From Heterodontus francisci (taxonomy: Eukaryota), in NCBI RefSeq assembly GCF_036365525.1, contig NC_090376.1:8581997-8645996 (forward strand): a stretch of DNA of 64,000 nucleotides, read 5' to 3'. The notes beneath the pieces are model-generated. The model did not search any database. It saw only the letters and a list, made by a program, of their open reading frames with translations, and was not told where the DNA came from. Positions 1 through 11,030 of this stretch are shown here, piece after piece. The translations under genes and the position numbers were made by a program. Numbering within the stretch: position 1 is the stretch's first letter; each line of letters begins with the position of its first letter.

Positions 1-932
1 GGGAAAAAATTCCCGATTGAAACTTAGCCCATTCAGATTTGACAAGAGTTGACTGACAGGAAGCATACCTAGACAGAGAAACCTTTATTTTAATGGAGTA
101 CATTGCCAGTCCCCACTCAGGCTACAGTTGGCAGAGGCACCACACAATAAATCTGTGCATTTGCCAAACCTACCAGGTGGTAAGAATTGACAAGAGAAAC
201 ATGGGTGTTTCACAGGAAGATAAGATTTTTTATTCTTTCATGGGATGTGGGCATCACTGGCAAGGCCAGCATTTGTTGCCCATCACCAATTGCCCTCGGG
301 AAATGCTTGAAAGTAAAAGCATGAAGATAAAAACTGAGAGTTTGGAACTTAGCATGAAGACAAAATGGCAGAACAAGCTGGATGGGCCAAATGGCCTGCT
401 CCTATTCTGAAAACACCTTAGAATAGTATACAGTGCCTTCAACATAGGAACTTTATTTCAAATGCAACCGTCACAGTAGGACAAGGGACCGCACGCTTAA
501 ATCAGAGAAAAGGAAAATGTCAGACTGGCACCAGGAAATTCTACACACAAAGTGATCAATGGTAGACTTTTGAGTGGGATAGAGAAGATAAAAACCCTGG
601 ACTTCTTCCAAGAATGGCTGGTGGCTATGATGGAGAGGGGTTGATAGATAAACAGGATGGCCGGACTTGCTCTTCTCAATGCAACTATTTTGTAACTCTC
701 AACAATTGTGCAGAATAACATAGACTTAACACAGAGACAAGCCATTTGGCCCAACTGGTCTACTCCAAGTGTTTATGCTCCTCAGGAGTCATCTCCCACT
801 ACTTCACTTAACCCCACCATATCCTAATCCTTTCTTCTTTCTTGGGTCACCAAACCTTCCCTCAAAACGTTCCTCTGAAATACTACTTCCAAAGTAGATG
901 ATAGCTGTGGGGGGGAAAAACAAACAACATAC

Positions 933-1295
933 CTGCAAGGCAGTAACAACATGGCAAGGATTCAGTAAATAGATCAGAGTTTTGGTCGCACACTTGAACC
1001 CAATCTCCAAGCCAAAGGTCAAGCACAGGGCAGCCTGAAGGAGGTTCTTCCCCAGGGTCTCCTCACACTCCTGTGGCGATGCTCCAAGTGTCCAGTTCCC
1101 CGGAAAGCCACCTCTGATTTTCCCGTAGGCCACCACAATTTGCAGCAAGGAAAGGGCGATCATGAGGATAGTCTCCAAGACCCGCTGCCTGACAGAGAGG
1201 AAAGCAGCACATTCCTGCCCACCGTTACCGCTGATGTTAGGGTCCACCCCACCGTACACAGTGTCCAATATATTGTCCAGGTCCAATGTGGCCAT
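933..1295 (-). CDS. First coding exon (121 codons) of a TMEM164-like membrane acyltransferase; gene continues beyond the left edge
   Basis: Translation MATLDLDNILDTVYGGVDPNISGNGGQECAAFLS...LCLTFGLEIGFKCATKTLIYLLNPCHVVTALQ carries the TMEM164 motifs YGGVDP-GNGG-CAAFLS and YLLNPCH. Phase-0 donor CAG|GTATG at 932. Candidate acceptor ttctgcag at 1604-1605. Divergent from the human protein as I recall it, so no symbol is assigned. Confidence 0.9.
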
Positions 1296-2204
1296 CCTGG
1301 GAACACCACAAACTGGGGCAGACAGAGAAAGCTTCACACTGACCAGGAATCTTCAACCCTCCACAATCCACAGCAGAACAAAAGGAAACCTGGCCCTTTT
1401 AAGTAAGCTAGGTTAGATCTCCCCTTATAAAGGTTCTTCACGATATCCTTTCCAGAGCTGACAGGGCTCACGGACTGGGTTTAATTATAAAAGGAAATCT
1501 TCTCCTTGCACAGCTCCTGGTCCTTTTGAAGCGTTTTGATTTTCAAAATTACTTGAAAAGTTGCAAAGTCAAACCAACCTCTCCTTCAGAAACAATGAGC
1601 TGCCTGCAGAAACGTGAAACAGGAAGACAGACATGTTACATTTTTAAAGAGATTTAAATAAAGATTTTCCTAAAAGAAAAGCAGAATTTAAATAAAGAAT
1701 TGAAATGAAGGATTTTTTAAAAACAGGGGTTTTTTTTTTTAAAAAGGATTTTTTTTTTAAATCAAGATTTAAATAAAAGATTTTTAAAGTCAACAAATGA
1801 CCCTGTTGGTTAGAATCCTGTGGAAATGATTTCGACTCGAACTTTAAGGTTCAAGTTGTTTTAAAAAGCTCTTAAATCCTTCTTACTTCTCATTAAATCC
1901 TTTCTCCAATGTTTAAAGCAAAATAAAAGCGTTGATGTTCTTTCTGTCGATGAAAATTCCGCTCTCCACACCGTTTATCTTTGGATTGTTGGAGGTTTCC
2001 ACACAGCCAGGGGCAGCAGCTGGGGAGAGTTACTGGGATCGGCCTGTGCTCGGCCTGGGGCTTCCTCTACCCTGACCCCTGGAGAAGATCCTCGCAGCCG
2101 TTCCCATGGCGGTTTCCTCAGGGCCGCTCCAGCACCGAGCGCTTCTTGTTGCTCCGCCGGCAGCTGCTGATCCCGCCTGCTCGCAGCAAAGGACAACACC
2201 CGAC

Positions 2205-3083
2205 TCACCTGGAGCCACACAGCCAATCACCGGGAGCCCGCCAATCACCTGGAGCCCAGAGCCCGCCAATCACCTGGTGCCCAGAGCCAGCCAATCACAG
2301 GGAGCCCAGAGCCCGCCAATCACCTGGTGCCCAGAGCCCGCCAATCACAGGGAGCGCAGAGCCCACCAATCACCTGGAGCCCAGAGCCCGCCAATCACCT
2401 GGTGCCCAGAGCCCGCCAATCACAGGGAGCGCAGAGCCAATCACCTGGTGCCCAGAGCCCACCAATCACCTGGTGCCCAGAGCCAGCCAATCACAGGGAG
2501 TGCAGAGCCAATCACCTGGAGCCCAGAGCCCGCCAATCACCTGGAGCCCAGAGCCACACAGCCAGCCAATCACCTGGAGCCACACAGCCAGCCAATCACC
2601 TGGAGCCACACAGCCAGCCAATCACCTGGCACCCAGAGCCCGCCAATCAGCTGGAGCCCAGAACCGGCCAATCACCTGGAGCCCAGAACCGGCCAATCAC
2701 CTGGAGCCCAGAGCCCGCCAATTATCTGTCCAGAGCCAATCACCCGGTGCCGAGCCCGCCAATCACCTGGAGCCCAGAGCCCGCCAATTATCTGTCCAGA
2801 TCCAATCACCCGGTGCCAAGAGCCCGCCAATCACCTGGTGCCCAGAGCAGAGAGCCCGCCAATCAGCTGGAGCCGAGAGCCCGCCAATTATCTGCCCAGA
2901 GCCAATCACCTGGCGCCCAGAGCCCGCCAATCTCCTGGAGCCCAGAGCCTGCCAATCTCCTGGAGCCCAGATCGCGCCAATCACCTGGCGCCCAGAGCCA
3001 GCCAATCACCTGGCGCCCAGAACCAGCCAATCACCTGGTGCCCAGAACCAGCCAATCACTTGGAGCCCAGAGCCCGCCAATCA
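2205..3083. repeat. GC-rich minisatellite, ~25-bp unit GCCCGCCAATCACCTGGAGCCCAGA, ~36 units (about 2 more at 4767-4812)
   Basis: Read directly; 36 CCAAT cores counted between 2223 and 3083. Confidence 0.97.
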
Positions 3084-4766
3084 GGGTAGGGTAGGCGGTG
3101 GTGTAGTGGTATTATCACTGGACTAGTAACCCAGAGACCCAGGGTATTACTCTGGGGACATGGGTTTGAATCCCACCACAGCAGAAGGTGGAATTTGAAT
3201 TTAATTAATAAATCTGGAATTAAAAGCTAGTCTAATGATAGCCATGAAACCACTGTCGATTGTTGTAAAAACATCAAGGCAACATTTGACCGAGTATGGC
3301 ATCAAGGAGCCCTAGCAAAACTGAGGTCAATGGGAATCAGGGGGAAAACCCTCCGCTGGCTGGAGTCATACCTAGCACAAATGAAGATGGTTGTGGTTGT
3401 TGGAGGTCAATCATCTGAACTCCAGGACATCACTGCAGGAGTTCCTCAGGGTAATGTCCTACGCCCAACCATCTTCAGCTGCTTCATCAATGACCTTCCT
3501 TCAATCATAAGGTCAGAAGTGGGGATGTTCGCTGATGATTGCACAATGTTCAGCACCATTCACAACTCCTCAGATACTGAAGCAGTCCATGTAGAAATGC
3601 AGCAAGACCTGGACAATATCCAGGCATGGGCTGATAAGTGGCAAGTAACATTCGCACCACAAAAGTGCCAGGCAATGACCATCTCCAACAAGAGAGAATC
3701 TAATCACCTCCCCTTGACATTCAATGGCATTACCATCGCTGAATCCTCCACGATTAGCATCCTTGGGGTTACCATTGACCAGAAACTGAACTGGAGTAGC
3801 CATATAAATACTGTGGCTACAAGAGCAGGTCAGAGGCTAGGAATCCTGAGGCGAGTAACTCACCTCCTGACTCCCCAAAGCCTGTCCACCATCTACAAGG
3901 CACAAGTCAGGAGTGTGATGGAATACTCTCCATTTGCCTGGATGGGTGCAGCTCCAACAACGCTCAAGAAGCTCGACACCATCCAGGACAAATCAGCCCG
4001 CTTGATTGGCACCCCATCCATAAACATTCACTCCCTCCACCACCGACGCACAGTGGCAGCAGTGTGTACCATCTACAAGATGCACTGCAGCAATGCACCA
4101 AGGCTCCTTAGACAGCACCTTCCAAACACGCGACCTCTACCAACTAGAAGGACAAGGGCGGCACAGTGGCGCAGTGGTTAGCACCGCAGCCTCACAGCTC
4201 CAGCAATCCCGGGTTCGATTCTGGGTACTGCCTGTGTGGAGTTTGCAAGTTCTCCCTGTGTCTGCGTGGGTTTCCGTCGGGTGCTCCGGTTTCCTCCCAC
4301 CTCCAAAGACTTGCAGGTTGATAGGTAAATTGGCCATTGTAAATTGCCCCTGGTGTAGGTAGGTGGTAGAAGAATGGTGGGGATGTGGCAGAGAATATGG
4401 GGTTAATGTAGGATTAGTATAAATGGGTGGTTGTTGGTCGGCACAGACTCGGTGGGCCGAAGGGCCTGTTTCAGTGCTGTATCTCTAAATAAAAAAAAAT
4501 AAAAAATACATGGGAACACCACCACCTGCAACTTCCCCTCCAAGGCACACACCATCCTGACTTAGAACTATATCGCCGTTCCTTCACTGTCGCTGGGTCA
4601 AAATCCTGGAACTCCCTTCCTAACAGCACTGTGGATATACCTACCCCAAACGGACTGCAGCGGTTCAAGAAGGTAGCTCACCACCATCTTCTCAAGGGCA
4701 ATTAGGGATGGGCAATAAATGCTGGCCTAGCCAGTGACGCCCACATCCCATGAATGAATTTTTAAA
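3084..4766 (+). mobile_element. Internally deleted CR1/L2-group LINE: tRNA-like head fused to RT C-terminal half and 3' UTR; contains a nested SINE
   Basis: A box TGGTGTAGTGG (~3098) and B box GGTTTGAATCC (~3163). ORF 3330-4156 has GVPQG..L.P..F..FINDL and FADD. 3' tail gaatgaat. Possible TSD AATCA at 3079-3083 and 4767-4771. Confidence 0.9.
4157..4506 (+). mobile_element. V-SINE (HE1-like) nested in the LINE
   Basis: tRNA head GGCGCAGTGGTTAGCACCGCAGCCTCACAGC...GGTTCGATTC, V-domain GTGTGGAGTTTGCA..TTCTCCC..GTCTGCGTGGGTTTCC, CR1-like tail and A-rich end. Confidence 0.9.
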
Positions 4767-4814
4767 AATCACCTGGAGCCCAAAGCCCGCCAATCACCTG
4801 GAGCCCAGTGCCAA

Positions 4815-4844
4815 CTACTCACCTGTCTGAAGCCGTGACGTCAC
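4815..4844 (-). promoter_or_regulatory. Candidate TMEM164-like promoter/first non-coding exon: CRE palindrome and consensus splice donor
   Basis: GTGACGTCAC at 4835-4844; minus-strand CAG|GTGAGT with intron start at 4822. A second CAG|GTGAGT has intron start at 2208. Confidence 0.45.
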
Positions 4845-4954
4845 AATGCTCCCTTATGCCAAGTGAGCTGTAGCCTTTCACCTATCAAACACTCTCTGGC
4901 TTTTTCCTGCTTCAACAGATTGGCCCCCACCCCAAGTTCCCCTCATAAGATTAA

Positions 4955-6710
4955 AGATAAAAATAGAAAGCGCTGGAAATACTCAGCAGGTTTGGCAGCA
5001 TTTGTGGAGAGAGAAACAGAGATAATGTTTCAGGTCTGTGACACTTCTTCAGAACTGGCAAAGGTTAGAAATGTAAAAGGGTTTCCCAAGTGAAAGGGCA
5101 GGGGGTAAGAAGAACAAAAGGGAAGGTGTGTGATCGGGCAGAGGGCAGGAGAGATTCAATGACAGAGATGTCAAGGAATAAAAGGCAAAGGGAGTGCTAA
5201 TAGCTGTACTAAAAGACAAAGCATGAGTCAGAGAGTGTTAATAGCAGAATAGTGAACAGCCCTGTCTGTAAGCAAAAACTTGAAAAATAAGTTTAAGACT
5301 GGCAGATGTTTAAGAAAGCAATCAAAATGGCAATCATAGTAGAAGTTGCTGAACTCAATGTTGAGTCCAGAGGGCTGTAGAGTGCCTAATTGGAAGATGA
5401 GGTGCTGTTCCTTGAGATTTACTGTAACACTGCAGCAGGCAGAGGAATTAAATGGTGAGCAACCGGAAGTTCGGGGTCATGTTTGCAGACTGAGCGGAGG
5501 TGTTCCACAAAGTGGTCACCTAATCTGCATTTGGTCTCCCCAGTGTAGAGGAGACTGTATTGTAAGCAGCGAATACAGTTTACTAAACTGAAAGGAGTAC
5601 AAGTAAATGGCTGCTTCACCTGAAAGGAGTGTTTGGGACTTTGGATGGTAAGGAGAAAGGAGGTAAAATCCTATGACTGCACAGGAAGGCGGCGTGGGAA
5701 GGGGACGAGGTATTGGGGTGATAGAGGATTGGCACAAAGGGAACAGTACTTCAGAATGCTGACGGGGAGGGGAGGGGAAGATGTGTTTGGAGGTGGCGGA
5801 AATGGCGGAGAATGATCCTTTGAGTTTGGAGGCTGGTGGGGTGAAAAGTGAAGACAAGGGGAACCCTGTCGCGGTTTTGGGAGGGAGGGGAAGGGGTGAG
5901 GGCCCTGCCAATCACAGTGGGGAGAATCCTTGGTTGAGGAAAAAGACATGTCAGAGGCGCTGTTGTGGAAGGTTACATCATCAGAACAAATGCGACGGAA
6001 ACGGAGAAACTGGGAGAATGGAATGAGATCTTATGGGAGGCAGGGTGTGAGCAAGTGTAGTCGAGGCAGCTGTGGGAGTCGGTGGGTATATAATGAATAT
6101 TAGTAGACAGCCTATCCCCAGAAATGGAGACAGAGAAGTCGAGGAAGGAAAGGGAAGGGAAGTGTCTGAGATGGACCATATGAAGGTGAAAGGTGGAAAT
6201 TGGAAGCAAAGTTGATGACTTTTTCAGTTTGGTGCGAGAGCAGGAAACAGCAGGAAAAAGAGTTCAGGGAGGGGGACTGAGGAAGACTGGAACAAGGAAC
6301 GTTTGACATATCCCACAAACACAGGTATAACAAGGACCCATGTGGGTACCCATAGCAACACCTTTTATTTGGAGGAAGTGAGTGGAGTTGAAGGAGATGT
6401 TGTTCAATGTGGGAACAAGTTCAGCCAGGCGGAGGAGGGTGGTGGTGGATGGGGACTGGTTGGGCCTCTGCTCAAGGAAGAAACGGAGAGCCCTCAAACC
6501 ATCCTGGTGGGGGATGGAGGTGTAGAGAGACTGGGAGTCCAAAGCAAAGAGGAGGTTAGGGCCAGGAAACTGTTGCAATGACGTAGGGCATCAGAAGAAT
6601 GACCTACTCCTGCTCCTATTTCCTATGTTCTGAAGTGTCACAGATGTCGGTGGGAAGGACTGGACAAGGGGAGAAAAAAAAAGTCAAGATAGGAAGAAAT
6701 TAGTTCAGTG
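4955..6710 (-). mobile_element. Degenerate Penelope-like element (RT + GIY-YIG endonuclease + pseudo-LTR)
   Basis: ORF 6264-6578 LDSQSLYTSIPHQDGL...FLQIKGVAMGTHMGP (PLE RT); ORF 5419-5619 PFTC...NCIRC..LLYTGETKCRLGDHFVEHLRSV (GIY-YIG); terminal repeat at ~4960-5060. Confidence 0.9.
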
Positions 6711-8395
6711 GGGCATTTGTTGCCCATCCCTAAATGCCCTTGAGAAACGGGTGGTGAGCCACCTTCTTGAACCACTGCTGCCCGTGCACTGGAGGTAAAC
6801 CTACCCTGTTATTAGGGAGGGGTTTTCAGGATTTTGATCCAGCGATGCTGAAGGAACAACTGTATATTTCCAACAGACATGCTACCTCACCTCGTAATCC
6901 CACATGGTTTGACTCTCAATACCCTCAAAGCAACTATGGTTGGGCAATAAATTCTCTTTTGTTATCTCCGTCCCAACAACAAATATAAAAAAAATGGAAT
7001 AAGTGTCTCAAAGCTAGGGCGGAAAGGAACAGAAGCTGAATGATTCAGGAAATTTAAGATAACTGACAAGATTTTGAAGACAGCAGTGGTTTTACGGAAG
7101 CTTTTGTAGTCGGGGAAGCAAAGGCAGCTGAAGGTTGAAATTTAAAATCCCCATCTTCATCTACAAATCTATTCAAGACTTCACCCCCACTTTGTAACCT
7201 CCTCCATCCACTCCCATAACCTTTGGCCCCGTGATTTTGATCTTCTATGCATTCCTGGGTGGACATGAGAGCACCCATAAAGGCAGAGGTAGAGTACAGC
7301 ACAACAGATTTGAAGACAAAGATGAAGATTTAAAATTTGATAATCTGGGAGATTAGGGGTGCTGGACCAATGGGAACAGTACAAGTTTGATTCTATGAAG
7401 GGTGAATGTGGACTGATCGCAGTCAATCTCTATGACTAGTCAATAACTCCCATTATTGTTGTTTAAAAATTGCTTAAAAACAGGTACATCTAGGAACATA
7501 GGAGCAGGAGTCGGCCACTCAGCCTATCGAGCCTGCTCCGCCATTCAATACGATCATGGCTGATCATCCACTTCAATGCCTTTTTCCCCACACTATCCCC
7601 ATATCCCTTTGTCATTGGTATTCAGAAATCTCTTAACCTTTTACAGTCTGACAAAAGGTTATAGGCCTGAAATGGCCTGGATAGTGACATGGATGGGTTT
7701 TGTAGGCAGGTGGGGCAGAGTTTTGGGTGAGAAATCCATTTTTTGTCTTTGGCAGGTCGCCCGCCTGGATATCGGATTAACAGGCTTGGAGTTCAATAGG
7801 GCGGAAAGGAATCCGGAGCATCCCGCGAGGGTCCAATTCCCGACCCCGGTTGGGAATCTGATTACTGTACCTGAGGGTCCTTGTATCGGACAGAGTCTGA
7901 TAGGAGGCCAGTGAAGAGCTTAGGAAGCCGGGTGGGGGTGCGGGGAGCACTCCTGCCTCTCCTTGCCCATGACCAGTGCTGTTAAAGCTCTTACTTTTTC
8001 TCTGAGTCCATGGTTACATCTGGCAATCCAACAATTCTCACATTTAGCTACTACAATCTCCCACAATAGCCAAATGAACGGGTCGGGAATGACAAGACGA
8101 GGGGTGAGTCCTTGATTAAATCTAGCAAGCCATCAGACTCCCACAACAGCTAGACTGAAAAGAAAACAAACAAGATAAGGCAAGGTATAAAACAATACAA
8201 GATGTTCCCCCTGTTGAAGCAGGACCCCAAAGCCATGGGTCAAATGGGGGAGGGGTGGGGTCAGAGGTCCGCACTGTGTGGGCAACAGTCACTCGGCTGT
8301 GATTTTCCTCAAATTGGCCAATTATTGGCAAAAGGGTGGGTTGGCCGTCCAGGCAGGCTCTCGAAGCTGGAGGGCCAATAGGAGGCCCTGCAGCT

Positions 8396-8739
8396 TAAGA
8401 CCTGCTACCTGACCCGAACCCGACAGGACCCGACGACATGTGGCGGGTCCAGATCGGGTCGGGTCACACCTCGGGTCGGGCCATTTCGAACACGCTCTTA
8501 TCACCATTCAGGTAAGTGACCTTAATGTTAACTTACTTTTTGGACTTTAAAGGTGGTTTTGCAACAGTTATTTTAAGCTTGTGCAGGTAAGGCACAAAGT
8601 GAAAAACGGAAGGTAGGTTAACTGATGGCCAGGTCGGGCCGGGTCGGGTGCGGGAAAAAATGGAAGGACTCGGGCCAGGTCGGGCGGGGTTCTGTCGGGC
8701 TCGGGTCGGGTCTCATTTGCAGACCCCAGCAGGCCTTTA
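8396..8739. mobile_element. Probable non-autonomous DNA transposon (hAT-like MITE)
   Basis: Imperfect inverted ends TAAGACCTGCT / AGCAGGCCTTTA and many subterminal CCCGA/TCGGG motifs in opposite orientations; no clear TSD. Confidence 0.5.
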
Positions 8740-10609
8740 GTACGATGCTGTTTATGTTGAATAATATTGTGTCGACAGCACAGAAACAGGCCATTCCGTC
8801 CTAATGGTCTATGCAGCATTTATGGTCCTCATCCCCCGACATTTAACCCTATTAGCATGTCCTTCTATTCCTTTCTCCCACATTTACTTATGTGCCTTTT
8901 CTTTAAATGCTATTTGCCTCAACCACTCCATCTGGTAGCAAAATTCCACATTCTCACCATTCTCTGGGTAAAGAGGTTTCTCCTGAATTCCCTATTGGAT
9001 TTATTAATGGTTTTATGAACCCTAGTTTTGGACTCCTTCACAAGTGGAAACATGTCGGGTCTAAAATTATTTTCTGTTGTAGTTGAGCGATCGGCACTTC
9101 TGACTTGCACCCAGAAAGTCTGTACTCTGTGCCATCCGCTTACCGATCAATGACATTACAGCACAGCTTTTACATCCGCCTGAGAGAGCAGAGGGGCATC
9201 AGCTTAACAACTCATCTGAAAGATAGCACCGACCAACAGTGCTGCACTCCCTCGCTACTGCACTGCAGTGTCAGCCTAGATTATGCGCTCATGTCTCCGG
9301 AGTAGGACTTGAACCCAAAACATTCTGACTGAGAGAACAGTCAACACTGCTGTGAGCAAACTCCGGGGGCAAAAATCTTAAAACGAAAAAAAAAATTGTG
9401 TTTTATTTCCCCCATTTTCTTTGAACACTTTCAGCTATTATTGACAAGGGGTGGGAGTGGGTGCGGGGGATAAAGGCTCTTTCACTAACGAGTCAAGGTT
9501 AATCCAATAGGAGTAACAAAGAGCATGTTCCCTTTCCAATTTGCTGCAGAATGACAAGAGCGCCTGAAGGATGGACCAATGGTGGGAAGTCATGTGATGA
9601 AACCTCCAGAAAAATGCTCAGAGTTGACAACCCTACTGTCACGTGACTACAAGTTTTGAAAAACAAAACAAGGAGGCTAAGTGAACACCTTGTGCTTTTT
9701 TTTTAAAAAGTCACGTGATAACTCGTAAGTACATTTGCACTTTCTCTCAATAACTTTCTCATAGCATGTTTTCTCACTGGCGTGGCAAGCAAACATCAAT
9801 TCCCACGTTCCACCATTAATACAGGCTCAAAGCTTTGCATGCACCAGCTCTGATACCATGTTTAAAGTAGCAAATTAGTATTTCTAACTGTTCAAAGGTA
9901 AAACTAAACCTCATTAGACACAGTCATTACATGCAGAACAAAAAGGGCCTTTGACCTTGGGATGAACCTGCGGATTGAGAAAGGAAAGGTTATTCTGAAG
10001 AGGTAAGGGCTAATTACTAGGAATATTTTATACCATTTCCTTGGGATGTCCCAAAGCATTTTCGTTTAGAAGTGTAGTCACTCTATTGCAGGAAACATGG
10101 AAACCAATTTGTGCACAGAAAGCTCCCAGAAACAGCTATGCCATAAGTGTCCAGTTAATCTGTTATTTAGTGATGTTGGTTGAAGGATGTGTTGGCTTGG
10201 ATATCAAGTGAACTCCCCTGCGCTTCTTTAAGGAATGCCGTGGGATCTTTTACATCCGCCGGGGCATCGGTTTTACATCTCATCGGAAAGACGGCACCTC
10301 TGAAAGTGCAGCACTCTCAGTAGTGCACTGGGAACACCAGCCTGGATTGAGCACTCAGAAATGTTGCTACTGGAGGTAATACTGTCACTAAGTACTTAAC
10401 TCTACCCTACTTCCTTGTAATTCAGAAATTTCTCTTCCTCCTCCTGCAATATTATCTCTCTCCTCAAACCATGGACATGTGTTAGGATGCAGTTCTATCA
10501 GTGCCTGGCTTCCTCTAATATCTCACCAAGATAAAAGCCTGGTCTGTGAATTTCCTGATGATGATCAATCAAGAGGGCAACACTATATAGCCCAGTTCTA
10601 ACATTATTA

Positions 10610-11030
10610 TTGGTTATCCCTCGCAGGCGAGGATAATTGTCTTTTGTGAGTCCGAAGATGGCTGAAGAGCGGATTCGGAATCTACAGACTTTATGGCACG
10701 TAGGGCATTTGTTATCGTGTGGGATGTCTGGTCATGTATTAATAGTTTGGGTCATGGCTTGTTCTTTCTGCCGCGCTCGGTTTTCTTAATTTTGTCGTCG
10801 TTGGGTCACAAAATGCTGGGATCCTTCCCACGGACTCTGCCTCCATCTGGTTCGGTCCAGGGCGATGGTCTCCTAGGAGTTGATGTCAAGGTTGCATTTC
10901 TTCAGGTTGGCTTTCAGCACATCCTTGAAGTGCTTTTTCTGTCCTCCTCTGGTGCGTTTGCCCTGACTGAGCTGGGAGAAGACGACCTGCTTTGGGAGCC
11001 TGGTATCTGACATCTGAACTATATGACCAA
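10610..11030 (-). mobile_element. RTE-clade LINE 3' fragment (older family)
   Basis: Minus frame reads PDTRLPKQVVFSQLSQGKRTRGGQKKHFKDVLKANLKKC, a typical RTE ORF C-terminus. Confidence 0.75.

Noticed and set aside
804-932. C-terminal part of the 177-aa ORF
   Set aside because: Read-through past the splice donor at 932; TMEM164 similarity ends at the exon boundary.
2205-3083. CRISPR-like array
   Set aside because: Units are contiguous with no unique spacers, there are no cas genes, and the context is eukaryotic. The same applies to 38511-38756.
1981-3126. Long ORFs of 381, 327 and 255 aa in all three + frames
   Set aside because: By-product of a minisatellite whose + strand lacks stop codons; the same peptides recur in every frame.
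3090-3180. tRNA gene
   Set aside because: A/B boxes are present but no complete cloverleaf; it is a retroelement head, as are the SINE heads at 4157, 17369 and 59120.
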